NCBI RefSeq assembly: GCF_006345805.1
Contig: NC_043009.1
Coordinates: forward strand, 31,310,001-31,374,000
Direction: 5' to 3'
DNA length: 64,000 nt
Source of the DNA: Octopus sinensis
Taxonomy: Eukaryota
Shown here: piece by piece, positions 41,953 to 54,804 of the stretch
Numbering within the stretch: position 1 is the stretch's first letter
How the letters are laid out: each line of letters opens with the position of its first letter
Made by a program: the position numbers and the translations under genes
Notes under the pieces: generated by a model
Told to the model about the DNA's origin: nothing
The model's database searches: none
The model's input: the letters and a program-made list of their open reading frames with translations, nothing else

Positions 41953-42580
41953 CATCATCATCATCATCATCGTTTAACGTCCGTTCTCCATGCTAGCGTG
42001 GGTTGGACTGTTCGACCGGGGATCTGGGAAGCCAGAAGGCTGCACCAGGCTCCGGTCTTATCTGGCAATGTTTCTACAGCAGGATGCCCTTCCTAACGCC
42101 AACCACTCCGTGAGTGTAGTGGGTGCTTTTTACGTGCCACCTGCACTGGTGCCAGGCGAGGCTGGCATCGGCTACGGTCGGATTGGTGCATTTTACGTGC
42201 CACCTGCACGGAAGCCAGTCGAGGCGGCACTGGCTTCGGCCACGATTCGGATGGTGCTTTTTACGTGCCACCGACATGGAAGCCAGTCAAGGCGGCGCTG
42301 GCATCGGCCATGATTTGGATAGTGCTTTTTACGTATCTCCGGTCTAGGGGCCCTGGCATCTGCCGGGTGCCAGTCATAGGATTGGTTCAATTTCGATTCC
42401 GATTTCACTTGCCCCAACAGGTCTTCACAAGCAAAGGGGGGGGGATAGGTGCCTATCGTCGGATGAGGTTTGACATCGACTTCGCTTGCCTCAACAGGTC
42501 TTTGTGTGTCCAAGGGAGGAAAAGCATGCATAAGTGGGCTGGACTCACTTAACAGAAGGGACAGCAATAACACTGTTCGA
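41953..42580 (-). mobile_element. Relatively young RTE-type LINE 3' end with an internal ~65-bp tandem unit (4 copies)
   Basis: (GAT)n tail at 41953-41972; CpG-rich; repeats of ggtgctttttacgtgccacc at ~42122, 42186, 42254 and 42322. Confidence 0.85.
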
Positions 42581-42744
42581 AGCTCATGGACCTGTGGAGC
42601 ACGAATGTAAAGCAACACATAGACACATGCACACACAAACTCATATGTACACACATACATACATATACACATACACCCCCATACAGTGGAAGCCTTTCAG
42701 TTTCTGCTTCCAAATTCACAGGGTTTTTAGACTTTAAAACACAT

Positions 42745-43120
42745 ACATCATCATCATCATCATCATCATCATGACCGACATCATCACCATCACCACTACC
42801 ATCATCATCACCATTATGACAACCATCATCACCATCATGACCCACCACTAGCATCATCATGACCACCATCATCACCATCACCACTACCATCATCATTATC
42901 ATCATCGTCATCATGACCACCATCATCACCATCACCATTACCATCATCATCATCATCACCATCATGACCACCATCATCACCATCACCACTACCATCATCA
43001 TCATCATCATCACCATCATGACCACCATCATCACCATCACCACTACCATCATCATCATCATCGTCATCATGACCACCATCATCACCATCACCACTACCAT
43101 CATCATCATCATCATCATAT
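42745..43120. repeat. Higher-order (CAT/CAC)n repeat, ~51-54 bp unit x5, expanded tail of the adjacent element
   Basis: Unit catgaccaccatcatcaccatcaccactaccatcatcat...; contiguous with the (GAT)n tail of a minus-strand repeat at 43120-43340. Confidence 0.9.
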
Positions 43121-43389
43121 TAACGTTTCCAAGCTTGCATTTGTCAGAGGAAATCTGCTGAGGCAGATTTTCCACAATGGTAAGCATTTCCTGTTTCCAG
43201 TCCTCAACTGTTTCCAAGCAAAACATTATTACCCAATGGATGGGCGTTTCCCAAGGTAGACTGCATCTTGTATGATTGTGATGCTCATTTGCAACTAGCA
43301 TGCGATGTCAAAACAAAGGTACACATATACATATCCACATACACACACACACACTCAGATGTATATGCATATATATATATATTTTTTTT

Positions 43390-43666
43390 TCCGACCAGTC
43401 CATCAGATGTAGTTACACATCGCTGGTCACAATGCGTTCACATTGCTTTAGCCTTCAAATAACTTCACCCTGCTGGCTAAGTGAGCAGGCCAACAGAAGA
43501 AAGAGTGGGAGAAAGAATGGTAAAAGAGTACAGCAGGGATCACCACCCCCTTCTGGAGCCTCGTGGAGCTTTAAGGTGTTTTCGCTCAATAAACACACAC
43601 AACGCCCGGTCTGGGGATCGAAACCGCGAGTCCGCTGCCTTAATCACTTGGCCATTGCGCCTCCAC
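43390..43666 (-). mobile_element. tRNA-derived SINE (family C, probably tRNA-Arg related, OR-type)
   Basis: Minus head ggaggcgcaatggccaagtgattaaggcagcggactcgcggtttcgatccccagacc with A box, B box and a CTCG anticodon-like loop. Confidence 0.85.
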
Positions 43667-43775
43667 ATATGCATATATATATATATATATACACACACAT
43701 CTAAAAGATCTGACTGCACATGGAATGTAGGTGATTTTTTACTCCTTCCTTTCCTTATGGACTTTTCTGTCTCCT

Positions 43776-43810
43776 GTTTCTGAAGAAGAGCTATGCTTGA
43801 AACATAAAAC
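43776..43810 (+). ncRNA. Penelope-type minimal hammerhead motif (helix III mutated)
   Basis: GUUU-CUGAAGA-A-GAGC-UAU-GCUU-GAAAC-AU-A^AAAC: helix I 4 bp, helix II 4 bp; helix III ACAU instead of the palindrome ACGU. Confidence 0.6.
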
Positions 43811-43933
43811 AACAATTGCCCAATGAGATTGAATCTGAGACCATATAATTGAGTGTAAGATTTACCTGTTCCTATACCAAGTCTATGCCTATTATAAACT
43901 TACACACACATACATATATACGGATATACCTAC

Positions 43934-43979
43934 CAACCACTGATGAGATCTCAATATGGTTCAAAAACCAGTTAAGGTT
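43934..43979 (+). ncRNA. Degenerate hammerhead motif (second family)
   Basis: AACCA-CUGAUGA-GAUC-UCAAUAU-GGUUC-AAAAAC-CAGUUA-AGGUU; the GAAA box has lost its G. Confidence 0.4.
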
Positions 43980-44575
43980 TTTTCATAACTTTTTTCTGAA
44001 TGTACAGAGAAATAGTTAAATTTGCCATGCTGATATATCTGTTACACAGGCTACATATACATATTCTTATTATCATAGATTTATTTTACATACATACATA
44101 CATATACAAATACAATCAGACACATACGTATATACACAAACACACATATATTTACAAAGATTTCAGATAGAAAGATATTAATAATCATGATTCCTGACAA
44201 AATAAGTTCATTTTTTTATAGTGCAAATCAGAGAATACTGTATAGAGCTTCAGTAAATGGCTGAATTCAATTAAATATAAAAATTTAATATAATAAAAGC
44301 GAAATATAATACGATCAAACAGATATTTGGAAATGTGTCATGATTTCCTTAAACTTCTTATTGAAATGTAACTTTTTGCAATAACTATTTTGAAAGACAT
44401 TCAAGTATAAAATTGCCATTGTTTTGTATCTATCTTTCTCTGCCTCTTTCTCTCTTTCTCTTTCTCTGTCTAACTATTTATCTCTCTCTGTTTCTGTCTG
44501 TCTGTCTCTGTCTCTCTCTCTCTCTGTATATATATATATATATACACAGATATACATATACATATATATATGTAC

Positions 44576-44620
<45 letters not shown>

Positions 44621-44668
44621 TATGTATGCATGTATGTATGCGTGTATGTATGCATGTATTTATATATA

Positions 44669-45639
44669 CAGGGGTGATTAAAAAGTAAGTCCCTATTTTT
44701 AGAATACTTATAATTTATTTATTAACTATAATTTTTTCTCAAATTTCTTGTGTATATTCTTGTGTATGGGAATTGATTCTATGTTGTGTTTTTTTAGATA
44801 GATTACTTTGTTTGAAATTTGGAAGCCCTACAAACATGGTCTGAGCGCTTTAAAAATATCCTCTGGAGTGATGAAGTGGCATCAGTGGGTTTACGAACCA
44901 TCACAACTGCCACTACTGAGCAGAAAATCCTTGTATTACTTGTGAAAAAATGCAGAATCAGCCCAAGGTAACACTATGGCGTGGAACGACTTCAGACAGG
45001 ATTGTGGGTCCTTTCAATGTTTGCAAAACCAGGAAATCTGGCCACTTTTCAGTACTTGGGAGAATATTGAAGGCTTCATTTTTATACAAGATGGTGCTCC
45101 TCCACATTATTGTTTGTGAATGGCTGAATGCTCACTTCCCTGGGAGATGGATGGGTCGTCGATGTCTGCATGATTCGCTGGCCAGAAACCCTGATTTGCC
45201 ACCCTGTGACTTTTTTCTTTAGGGTTAGTTAAAGGAGCAAGTCTACTCTACCAAACCAACAACTTTGGAAGATCTTAAAGGGTGAATACGAGAAGTTATG
45301 TCTTCCAGCCCACAAGTGTCCCTGATGAAATTTGTTGAAGCAGTTCTTGGGTAGCTTGAGAAGCTGGTGGTGAATGCTGGTGCCTATATCAAATTTTAAG
45401 TAAAACTCCATGCTATATACTTTCTTTACATTTTCATCTTTTGGGAAAATTATAATTAATGAATAAATTATATTTTGTTGTGTCTGGGGAGAGTCATTCT
45501 CTTTTAGTGCCTTATAATTTAACACACGCACCGGTAAAGTTTCCACTCATTTACTTATTTGTTTTTCTAAAATTTTCATTGCATCTTGCAACCTTTTCAG
45601 TAGTATTTTAAAATAGTGAATTACTTTTCAATCACCCTG
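44669..45639 (+). mobile_element. Tc1/mariner-superfamily transposon, internally deleted, 971 bp
   Basis: TIRs caggggtgattaaaaagtaagtccctattttt / aaaatagtgaattacttttcaatcaccctg, TA on both sides; remnants FIQDGAPPHY, EWLNAHFPGRWMGRR, ARNPDLPPCDFFL*G*LKEQVYSTKPTTLEDL. Confidence 0.92.
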
Positions 45640-45645
45640 TATGTG

Positions 45646-45677
<32 letters not shown>

Positions 45678-45706
45678 GCATACATACATATTATATATGT
45701 ATATGC

Positions 45707-45747
<41 letters not shown>

Positions 45748-45786
45748 TATATACTACATATAGATATAGATATAGATTTAGATATA

Positions 45787-46200
45787 CAGGGAGAGGCATG
45801 GCTGTGTGGTCAGAAGCTTGCTTCCCAATCCTATGGTTTGGGATTCAGTCCTCCTGCATAGTATCTTGGGCAATGTTTTCTACTACAGCCTGAGGACTGA
45901 CAACAGCTTTGTGAATAGATTTGGTAGGCAGAATTTGATAAGAAACCCATTGTGTGTGTGTATGTGTTCGTTTGTCCTCCATCACTGCTTCACAACTGGT
46001 ATTGGTGTGTTTGCACTTCATTAACTTAGCAGTTCAACAAAGGGGCCTGATAGAATAAGTACAAAACCAAGCTTTACCAAATATGGGTCCGGTCAAAATT
46101 TATCTTATTAACGATTCTTGGGTCCGGTCAAAATTCATCTTATTAACATTTCTTCAATGCAGTTCCCCAGCATTGCCACAGTCTAATGATTAAAACAAGC
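45787..46200 (+). mobile_element. tRNA-derived SINE (family A), diverged, with an internal 35-bp tandem duplication at ~46084-46153
   Basis: Head gcatggctgtgtggtcagaagcttgcttcccaa; duplicated tgggtccggtcaaaattYatcttattaac. Confidence 0.8.
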
Positions 46201-46515
46201 TATCTATGCTGGCAACGGGTGGACAGTTTGACTGGGATGGCATGATGAAAGGCTGCACCAATCTCATTTAGCATTGTTTTCTATGGCTGGATGCCCTTCC
46301 TAACGCCAACCACTCCAAGAGTGTAATGGATGCTTTTACATGCCACGGGCATGGGTGCCAATTTGTGTAACACCAGTATTTGCTACAACTGGGATTTTGC
46401 TCAGCTTGATGGATCTTCTTCTGAAGCACACCATAATTACAAAAGTCCTGGTCATTGCCTCCATGAGGCCCAACACTGGAAAGCAACTCAACCACTTTGT
46501 CTCCATGTATATGTC

Positions 46516-46565
<50 letters not shown>

Positions 46566-46632
46566 GCATATATAGATACGTATATGTACATGCTTACATC
46601 TATACGTATATATATATATATATAGTTAGTTA

Positions 46633-46870
46633 ATCCAAACATGAAAACACAAACAGAAAACACAACAACATGAGGACGTGGAACAAGTATAGTGTTATTG
46701 GACGTTCAGGAAAGGATGGAAAGGAGGAGGATTTAACGTTTCGATGGGAGCTCTTCGTCAGAAACATAGGAAAAGGAAAGATCAAAGGAAGGGAAGATGG
46801 AGAAAAAAAATCACCAACGGTAAACACGCGGTCACATTTTGAATTTCATGACGTCCTGTGCCCACAAATG
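46633..46870 (-). mobile_element. Penelope-like terminal remnant carrying a hammerhead motif at 46729-46768
   Basis: Minus GUUU-CUGACGA-A-GAGCUCCCAUC-GAAAC-GU-U^AAAU; shares gtgggcacaggacgtcatgaaat with 47870-48030 and 48468-48647; embedded in (TA)n. Confidence 0.65.
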
Positions 46871-47074
46871 CATATATATATATATATATATACATATACA
46901 CACACAAATATATAAATTAAATTAGAGATAAAACCACTATTAGGGAAATCAACCACTTTGATTGGCTAAGAGTGGTTTTATCTCTAATTTAATTTATATT
47001 TATTCTGTGAAATTAGATTTAATCCTAAATCTAATTTTCCCTGTAAATTTGGATTTACTCCCTAATATTATTAT

Positions 47075-47076
47075 AC

Positions 47077-47135
<59 letters not shown>

Positions 47136-47695
47136 ATTTATATATATGTATGTATATATATGTATGTTATGTATATATAAATGTATATGTATATGTATAT
47201 ATGTATATATGTATATGTATATATATGTATATGTATATATATATATGTATGTATGTATATGCATACATATGTATATATATATATGTGTGTGTTTATATAT
47301 ATATGTATATGTAATGTATATATATATATATATATATGTACATGTACATATATATGTATGTATGCATTTATGTATGTATGTATGTATGTATGTATGTATG
47401 TATGTATGTATGTATGTGTGTGTGTGTGTATGCTATTTTTATGTTATATGTATGGCTAAGGCTGCTTATTTATCATGTTGAAAAGGAAATTTTAAGAGAT
47501 TTCCGTAAGATCAAGCATGATCAGGAAATTCATTGTCTTTGGCAGTGGCTAAGGAAAGGTCAGCCAGAAAGTTGGGAAAGAAAAGCACCGGTGAGGGACT
47601 CTTTGTTCTTGATATATAAACAATCACAGTTAAGTGCAGCATGTGTTATATAAGGGAGGGATAGAGGAACAAAGGAGGAGGATGAAACAGTAGGA

Positions 47696-47728
<33 letters not shown>

Positions 47729-48068
47729 TGGTAAGATGGGAGAAGTAAAGAGACAAAGGAAGAGAAGAATAAGTGGGAAGGGGCTGAATAAAAGAGTAAA
47801 ATAGGAGGGAGTGGGAGAAGAGTTGGAGGCAGTTGAGGAGGAGGATGAAAATGCTCAAAATACGAGACTAGAAAAACAGCCACCAACTGATGAAGGGTCG
47901 TTATTTATGTTGTTTGTTTTGTTTTCCATTTGTGTCTTTCGTTGTTCGAAAGAATAGTTCATGTACCATATACTCGTGCTTCATACATTTTTGTTGTATA
48001 TATTTCATGACGTCCTGTGCCCACATATGCATACATACATAAATACATATATATATATTATATATATA

Positions 48069-48124
<56 letters not shown>

Positions 48125-48161
48125 GTATATATATATATGTATGTATATATATATATGTATG

Positions 48162-48210
<49 letters not shown>

Positions 48211-48228
48211 GTATATATATAATATATA

Positions 48229-48317
<89 letters not shown>

Positions 48318-48374
48318 GTATATATTATATACATACATATATATATATACATACATATATAATACATATATATA

Positions 48375-48459
<85 letters not shown>

Positions 48460-48672
48460 GTATGTATGCATATGTGGGCACAGGACGTCATGAAATATAT
48501 ACAACAAAAATGTATGAAGCACGAGTACATGGAACATGAACTATTCTTTCGAACAACGAAAGAACAAATGGAAAACAAAAAAACAACATAAATAACGACC
48601 CTTCATCAGTTGGTGGCTGTTTTTCTAGTCTCGTATTTGAGCATTAACAACATATGTATATATATATATGTG

Positions 48673-48723
<51 letters not shown>

Positions 48724-48912
48724 GTATCACTACTTACTTCTTGGTTACTTTTTCGTCTATGTCTTCATATCATCTTCTTCCTCCTTTTCTTCTTCCTTTT
48801 CATCCTCCTCCTCAACTGCTCCAACTCTTCTCCACTCCATCTATTTTACTCTTTTATTCAGCCCCTCCCACTATTCTTCTCTTCCTTGTCTCTTACTTCT
48901 CCCATCTTACCA

Positions 48913-48945
<33 letters not shown>

Positions 48946-49313
48946 TCCTACTGTTTCATCCTCCTCCTTTGTTCCTCTATCACCTCCCTTATATAACACA
49001 TGCTGCACTTAACTGTGATTGTTTATATATCAAGAACAAAGAGTCCCTCACCGGTGCTTCTTTCCCAACTTTCTGGCTGACCTTTCCTTAGCCACTGCCA
49101 AAGACAATGAATTTCCTGATCATGCTTGATCTTACGGAAATCTCTTAAAATTTCCTTTTCAACATGATAAATAAGCAGCCTTAGCCATACATATAACATA
49201 AAAATAGCATACACAACACACACACACACACACACATACATACATACATACTACATACATACATACATACATACATAAATGCATACATCCATATATATGT
49301 ACATGTATATATA

Positions 49314-49372
<59 letters not shown>

Positions 49373-49560
49373 TACATATACATATACATATATATATATA
49401 TAAACACACTTATATATATATACATATGTATGCATATACATATATATATATACATATATACATATACATATACATTTATATATACATATACATACATATA
49501 TATATATATACATATGTATATATATATAAATAAATATATATATATATATATGTATATATA
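47075..49560. repeat. ~2.5-kb palindrome centred on a (TA)n tract
   Basis: Unique arms 47432-48030 and 48468-49212 are reverse complements, differing by small indels, a few substitutions and a ~150-bp block (48647-48797). Confidence 0.9.
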
Positions 49561-50072
49561 CACACACGCACTTATGGCATATGTCTACATAGCATTCAAT
49601 AGACAAGACACAGCATTTTGCTGCTTTCATTATACTTCCAACAATGATCTGAAAATGTCTCAAATGCAGCTGAATTGAATAGGTCTTTATATTGTTTATA
49701 TATTCATACATGGATATATATATATAATACATACTCATTTATAAATACATGTATACCTAATGCCATTTATATAATAAAATCTTTATATGTGTGTGTGGGA
49801 GTGAATATTTATATTTGTATGTATATATACACATATATATATGTGTATGTATGTGTATGCCTACACATGCCAAAAGATCACCAGTCAATGATTTTGTGGG
49901 AATGTGCAGATTGTGCAGTTCACTCTTATGCAGTAGAATATGCAAGATAAGAATAAATGTGTATGTTTACTTATATATATGTACATACATACAATGAATG
50001 TCAAAGATGATGATGATGGTGATGATAATGATGATATATTAATATATATATATATACTTATATATCGAGATT

Positions 50073-50107
<35 letters not shown>

Positions 50108-50169
50108 GTGTGTGTGTGAGGGAGTGTGTGTGTATATTAATATATATATATATGTGTGTGTATATATTA

Positions 50170-50201
<32 letters not shown>

Positions 50202-50934
50202 TGTGTGTGTGTATATATATATATTTATATATATATATAATATAAACATGTATGCATGTATATATTGTTTTAGGTCTTGGTATTAATAGAACCAATATTT
50301 CTTGAGGTGGAACAATGACCATGTCAGCTAGAGGAGAGTTGTGTCAAAGAGCAAGATTTTGTTAATGACAGCAACCTTTCTCATTCATTGATCATCCACT
50401 TTTCTTTCTGTATTTCACTCTTGAAATCTAGATGTCTTTCAAAGCCAAATGATAATGGTCAATCAACATGGCACAGCTACATCCTTTGTAGCTGCTGCAG
50501 CTGCACCGATAAGAAAGCTCTAAAGAGTCTCCCTTCATTTGTATTTGAAATAAGTCACATTTAGAAGACAACATAATTGAATAAGACCATTTTCAAGAAC
50601 ACTCCCACATTTATTCTGGGTGCTTTTACCTGAGTTTTATGTATCTTATTTTTTTTTAAGAATACTGAGGAACTTGCATCTTATTTTCAAATCCTCAAAG
50701 ACAAGGTTCTTTTTTTCTTTTATTCTTATTCTTTTATTTGTTTCAATCAATAGTTATACTAGACTGGTGGAAACCATCAAAATTTCTGCACCACCACGTT
50801 ATTATAAACAAACTTTCTGTCTTGAGTTGTTGTATAATTTAGGTTTCATGTTACAGCAAGCATCAGGATTTACAGTGTGGTATCCTATATAGTGCCCAAC
50901 CATTTTGCTCACATCTTATGATAATATATATATA

Positions 50935-50999
<65 letters not shown>

Positions 51000-51000
<1 letters not shown>

Positions 51001-51225
51001 CTTAGATAACTCAGATATGTTTCAACCAAAGATTGGTCCAGGCCATGTCTAACTTAATAGCAACATCATTTAGGATTAGTTAAATCGTTTTTAAGTCAAG
51101 TTTTGTGGTATCATAGTCTATACAAGTAGGGAGTTCTTGTTGAGTGAGTTAAAACCAAGTATAAGTGGCTTATGTGGTACTCCTTGAAGAAATTTATCCA
51201 GATTCTATTTAAAAGTGCCAGTAAT
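51000..51225 (-). mobile_element. CR1-like LINE 3' end
   Basis: Homologous to 32645-32880 (ttagataac...gtttc...ccaggccatg.ctaa..taatag); adjoins (TA)n. Confidence 0.7.
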
Positions 51226-51255
51226 ATATATATATGTATATATTCATCAGAATGA

Positions 51256-51643
51256 ACAACCACCGCATTCCCAGAAAGCTGATGTACAGTGAACTGAAGA
51301 AAGGGACAAGGCAACAAAGAAGACCCAAGTTGAGGTATAAGGATACCCTAAAGGGCAACACCTAAAGTGGTGTGACATCCAGCCTCACAAACACAAGACT
51401 GCAATCACAACAACAGGTCTACCTGGTGTTGCTGCCTTTGAGGAGGATGGAGAACAACACCTCACAGCCACAAGAGACAGATATCCCTTGACTGCATCAA
51501 CCTCCGTTCTGATCACAGGCTACCAGTGTCCAACCTGCAGGTCCCTATGTGCTTCCGGCTTTGGGCTGCGGAGCCACATGTGTTCCCACCACTGACTGCT
51601 GTGACCACAGACTACGTCTTCAGCAGAGATCGATGGACTACCA
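51256..51643 (+). mobile_element. RTE (BovB-like) LINE 3' fragment
   Basis: HRIPRKLMYSELKKGTRQQRRPKLRYKDTLKG and terminal zinc finger YQCPTCRSLCASGFGLRSHMCSHH*. Confidence 0.88.
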
Positions 51644-52794
51644 AGATACACACACACATATATACTGATAGATAGATAGATAGGTATACATATATATGTA
51701 TGTGTGTATGTGCGTTGTTGTCAAATAACATACATTTTATCATAAATGTATGTGGACATTTATTTCAGCTCAATATGGAAAAATTAAGTGAACAAGACAA
51801 AAAATACGCAATAAAAAGACAAAAGCAGCCATCATGACCACCAACGCAACATTTTTGTGTAGAAAAGTGAAAGTGTGAATCTATAATGGTTCAATAGGTG
51901 TTGTTGATTTTAGCACCAAGTCTGACTAGAAACTAAAACATGGAAGTAAATAGATATTTCGTTTGTTCTCAGAACTAATGACAAGCAGTGAATTGATGGA
52001 ATCATAACTGGCTGTTATTGTTATGAGGAACAAATCAGAGATTATGTAGCTATAAAATAGTTAGTGGCATAAATTACTTGCTGACTGTTTTTGTTGAAAG
52101 AAAGCAATTATTAATTAATGACTATAACTCTTCTGGTTAAGAGATTAAAATGTGCCGAGACTAAATGTTGATTTACTAGTGTATTTATCGATGGGTGAAC
52201 TACAAATATTTTCTCCGATCTTTCTTTCTAATAATTAGTTCAAAAGTTAATAATAGTGGTTGACAATCTAACTGGAATCAAAGCCAAAGAGTGTTAATGC
52301 ATAAATTTTATTTATTTTATATGTTTGTGTTTCTGTTTTTTTAGCATTTTTCTTGTTTCAGTTTTTGATGCTCATGTAGTTGCAAGTAAACACAAACTCG
52401 GACACTTCACTCAACTATCTTAACTTTGATCTTATTGATCAGCCATGCTGTGACAGCTGAAGAGAAAAAATGATGTCCCTAGTACATCACTGGTACTGTA
52501 GATTATCCGCCCTGGACGGATGAAAGGCAATGGTGAACTTGGTGTGATTTGAACTAAGATCTTAAATAGTAAGAGTAAATATATGCAAATCCTGTCTTTA
52601 TTTCTCCTGTCTTTATTCTTTATTCTTATGTCTTCTGTTCTATTCTTTATTTTTCTGTCTACTATTTTATTCCTTTATAAACTGTGAATTCCCTGTATTC
52701 TGTTTTACCCAAATCCAGGAACTTTTCAGCAGCCCCTTGTGTATACACAAATATATGTATACACATACACATATATATATATATACTTATATGC

Positions 52795-52848
<54 letters not shown>

Positions 52849-53182
52849 ATATACACAACATACACATGCACATAAACACACTCATAGATATACTATTTAG
52901 TCCATAATTACTGTAGAGATATATTTGCCAGACAAGTGATTTGGTCTGTGACTGTCTTGAAACTAAAATAATAATTGCTAAAATAACAAAGCCATTCAAA
53001 AACACTCAAAGACTGTTAATTTCACTTAAACATTTATTAGTTGGTGCCAACATTTTTGTAGCACCAACTGACATGATTTCACTGCAGAAATGTTGAGGCA
53101 GGGTTGTTGGTCAGTGTAGATACGGGCCTTAAGCTTATAAATACAGTCCTTTCATCTAATTAAATCAGTTGTTCTGTTGTGT

Positions 53183-53600
53183 ATTCTTTTATTTGTTTCA
53201 GTCATTTGAGCGCCACCATGCTGAAGCACCACCCTTAGTCAAACAAATCGACCCTAGGACTTATTCTTTGTACACCTAATACTTATTCTATTAGTCTCTT
53301 TTGCAGAACTGCTAAATTACGAGTACATAAACATACCAGCATCAGTTGTCAAGTGATGGTAGGGTAACACAGACACACAAAAACACTCACATACACACAC
53401 CACACACACACAAACACACACACAAACACATACACACACACACACATACACACACACATACGACGGGCTTCTTTCAGTTTCCGTCTACCAAGTCCACTTA
53501 CAAGGTTTTGGTCAGCCAAGAAGATACTTTTGCAAATGTCATGCAGTTAAACTGAACCCAGAACCATGAGGTTAGTAAGTAAGCTACTTACCAAACATAT
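53183..53600 (-). mobile_element. tRNA-derived SINE (family A), near full length
   Basis: Collinear with 29792-30197. Confidence 0.88.
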
Positions 53601-53618
53601 ATATGTATGTGTTATATG

Positions 53619-53688
<70 letters not shown>

Positions 53689-54804
53689 CATCATCATCAT
53701 CATTTAATATCCACCTTCTATACTGGTATGGGCATCTCAAATTTTTTCTCTGTTTTATTAATAACACAAAGCTGAAGGCAATGTAATTGGCAAGAAGATT
53801 TACCAAAATTTCAGATGACCCTATATCTTAAGATTTTGTGTTCTGTAATACAAAATTACTTTACACTCTTCAGTAGAGATACACCAACAATATATAAGTG
53901 AAAAATACTTATACATGCTGATAAATTTCTGCATACAGATACCAATATATACATACATTCCCGCACATACATTATATCTACCAAATGCACTGCCAAGGCA
54001 TTGGTCAACCCTGACAAATAATAGAAGGTACTTGCTGAAGATTCCATGCAGTAGAATTGAACCTGAAATCATGCAGTAGCAAAGCAAACATTTGAACTAA
54101 ACTGTCATGCCTGCACCAATTTACACATGCTCACACACACACACACACACACACAAATGCACTTCATACTCAAACTTAGAAACTGAAGCAAATAATTTTC
54201 CTCTTCTCTATATTTTTATTTTTGCTTTGTTTTCTTTTTTTATAAATTTCAAGATTTGTGCATATCGAGGAAAAATGTCTTTCAGTTTGACATTATCTGC
54301 TGAGCCAATGAGATTCAATCCTTGATCCGACTTGTTCAGATCAGCTTCAAAGACTTTCATTTGAATTTTCTGTTCTGGCTTTGTCCTCATGAGAGCAAGT
54401 TTATAGAAGTCAGCAGTAATTAATGTTCAAGTGTTTCCTCATGAGGATTCACCTGTGTCTAAATATTTCTTTTGTTTTTTTTCTTCTAATTATTACTTGG
54501 ATACCTGAGATGAGTGTGATCGTTGAAAATATTCAATATTTCTTTATAAAGAAATTCAGTTTTTTGCTTTAGGCTCAAATGTTCCAAATTATGAAACAAT
54601 TTTATTTCTCACAGCTGAGACTCAATAGTTTCCAATTTCAGTTCTGGAGATTTTAATTTCAAAGAATGGAGGTTTGTTTAATTTCTTCTTTCTCGCTATG
54701 AGCTCTTTTGTTTTTATGCTACGAGAGTTTTATGAATTTTATGAATCTAGGAAGAAGATCTTATCTTTTGGTATAGTACCAGTTGTGTATTATATAAGTA
54801 TTTA

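Noticed and set aside
42115-42335. Regularly spaced ~20-bp repeats with variable spacers (CRISPR-like look)
   Set aside because: The spacers are homologous to each other, this is the tandem unit of an RTE 3'UTR, and there is no cas gene in this eukaryotic context.
42853-43230. Long poly-histidine reading frame ([13 protein letters not shown]...)
   Set aside because: It is the antisense of an expanded (GAT)n retroelement tail, has no start or acceptor, and runs into SINE sequence.
47880-47945. CUGAUGA followed distantly by GAAA (mirror copy at 48545-48610)
   Set aside because: No helix II or III can form; it looks like a deletion derivative of the Penelope remnant, not a hammerhead.
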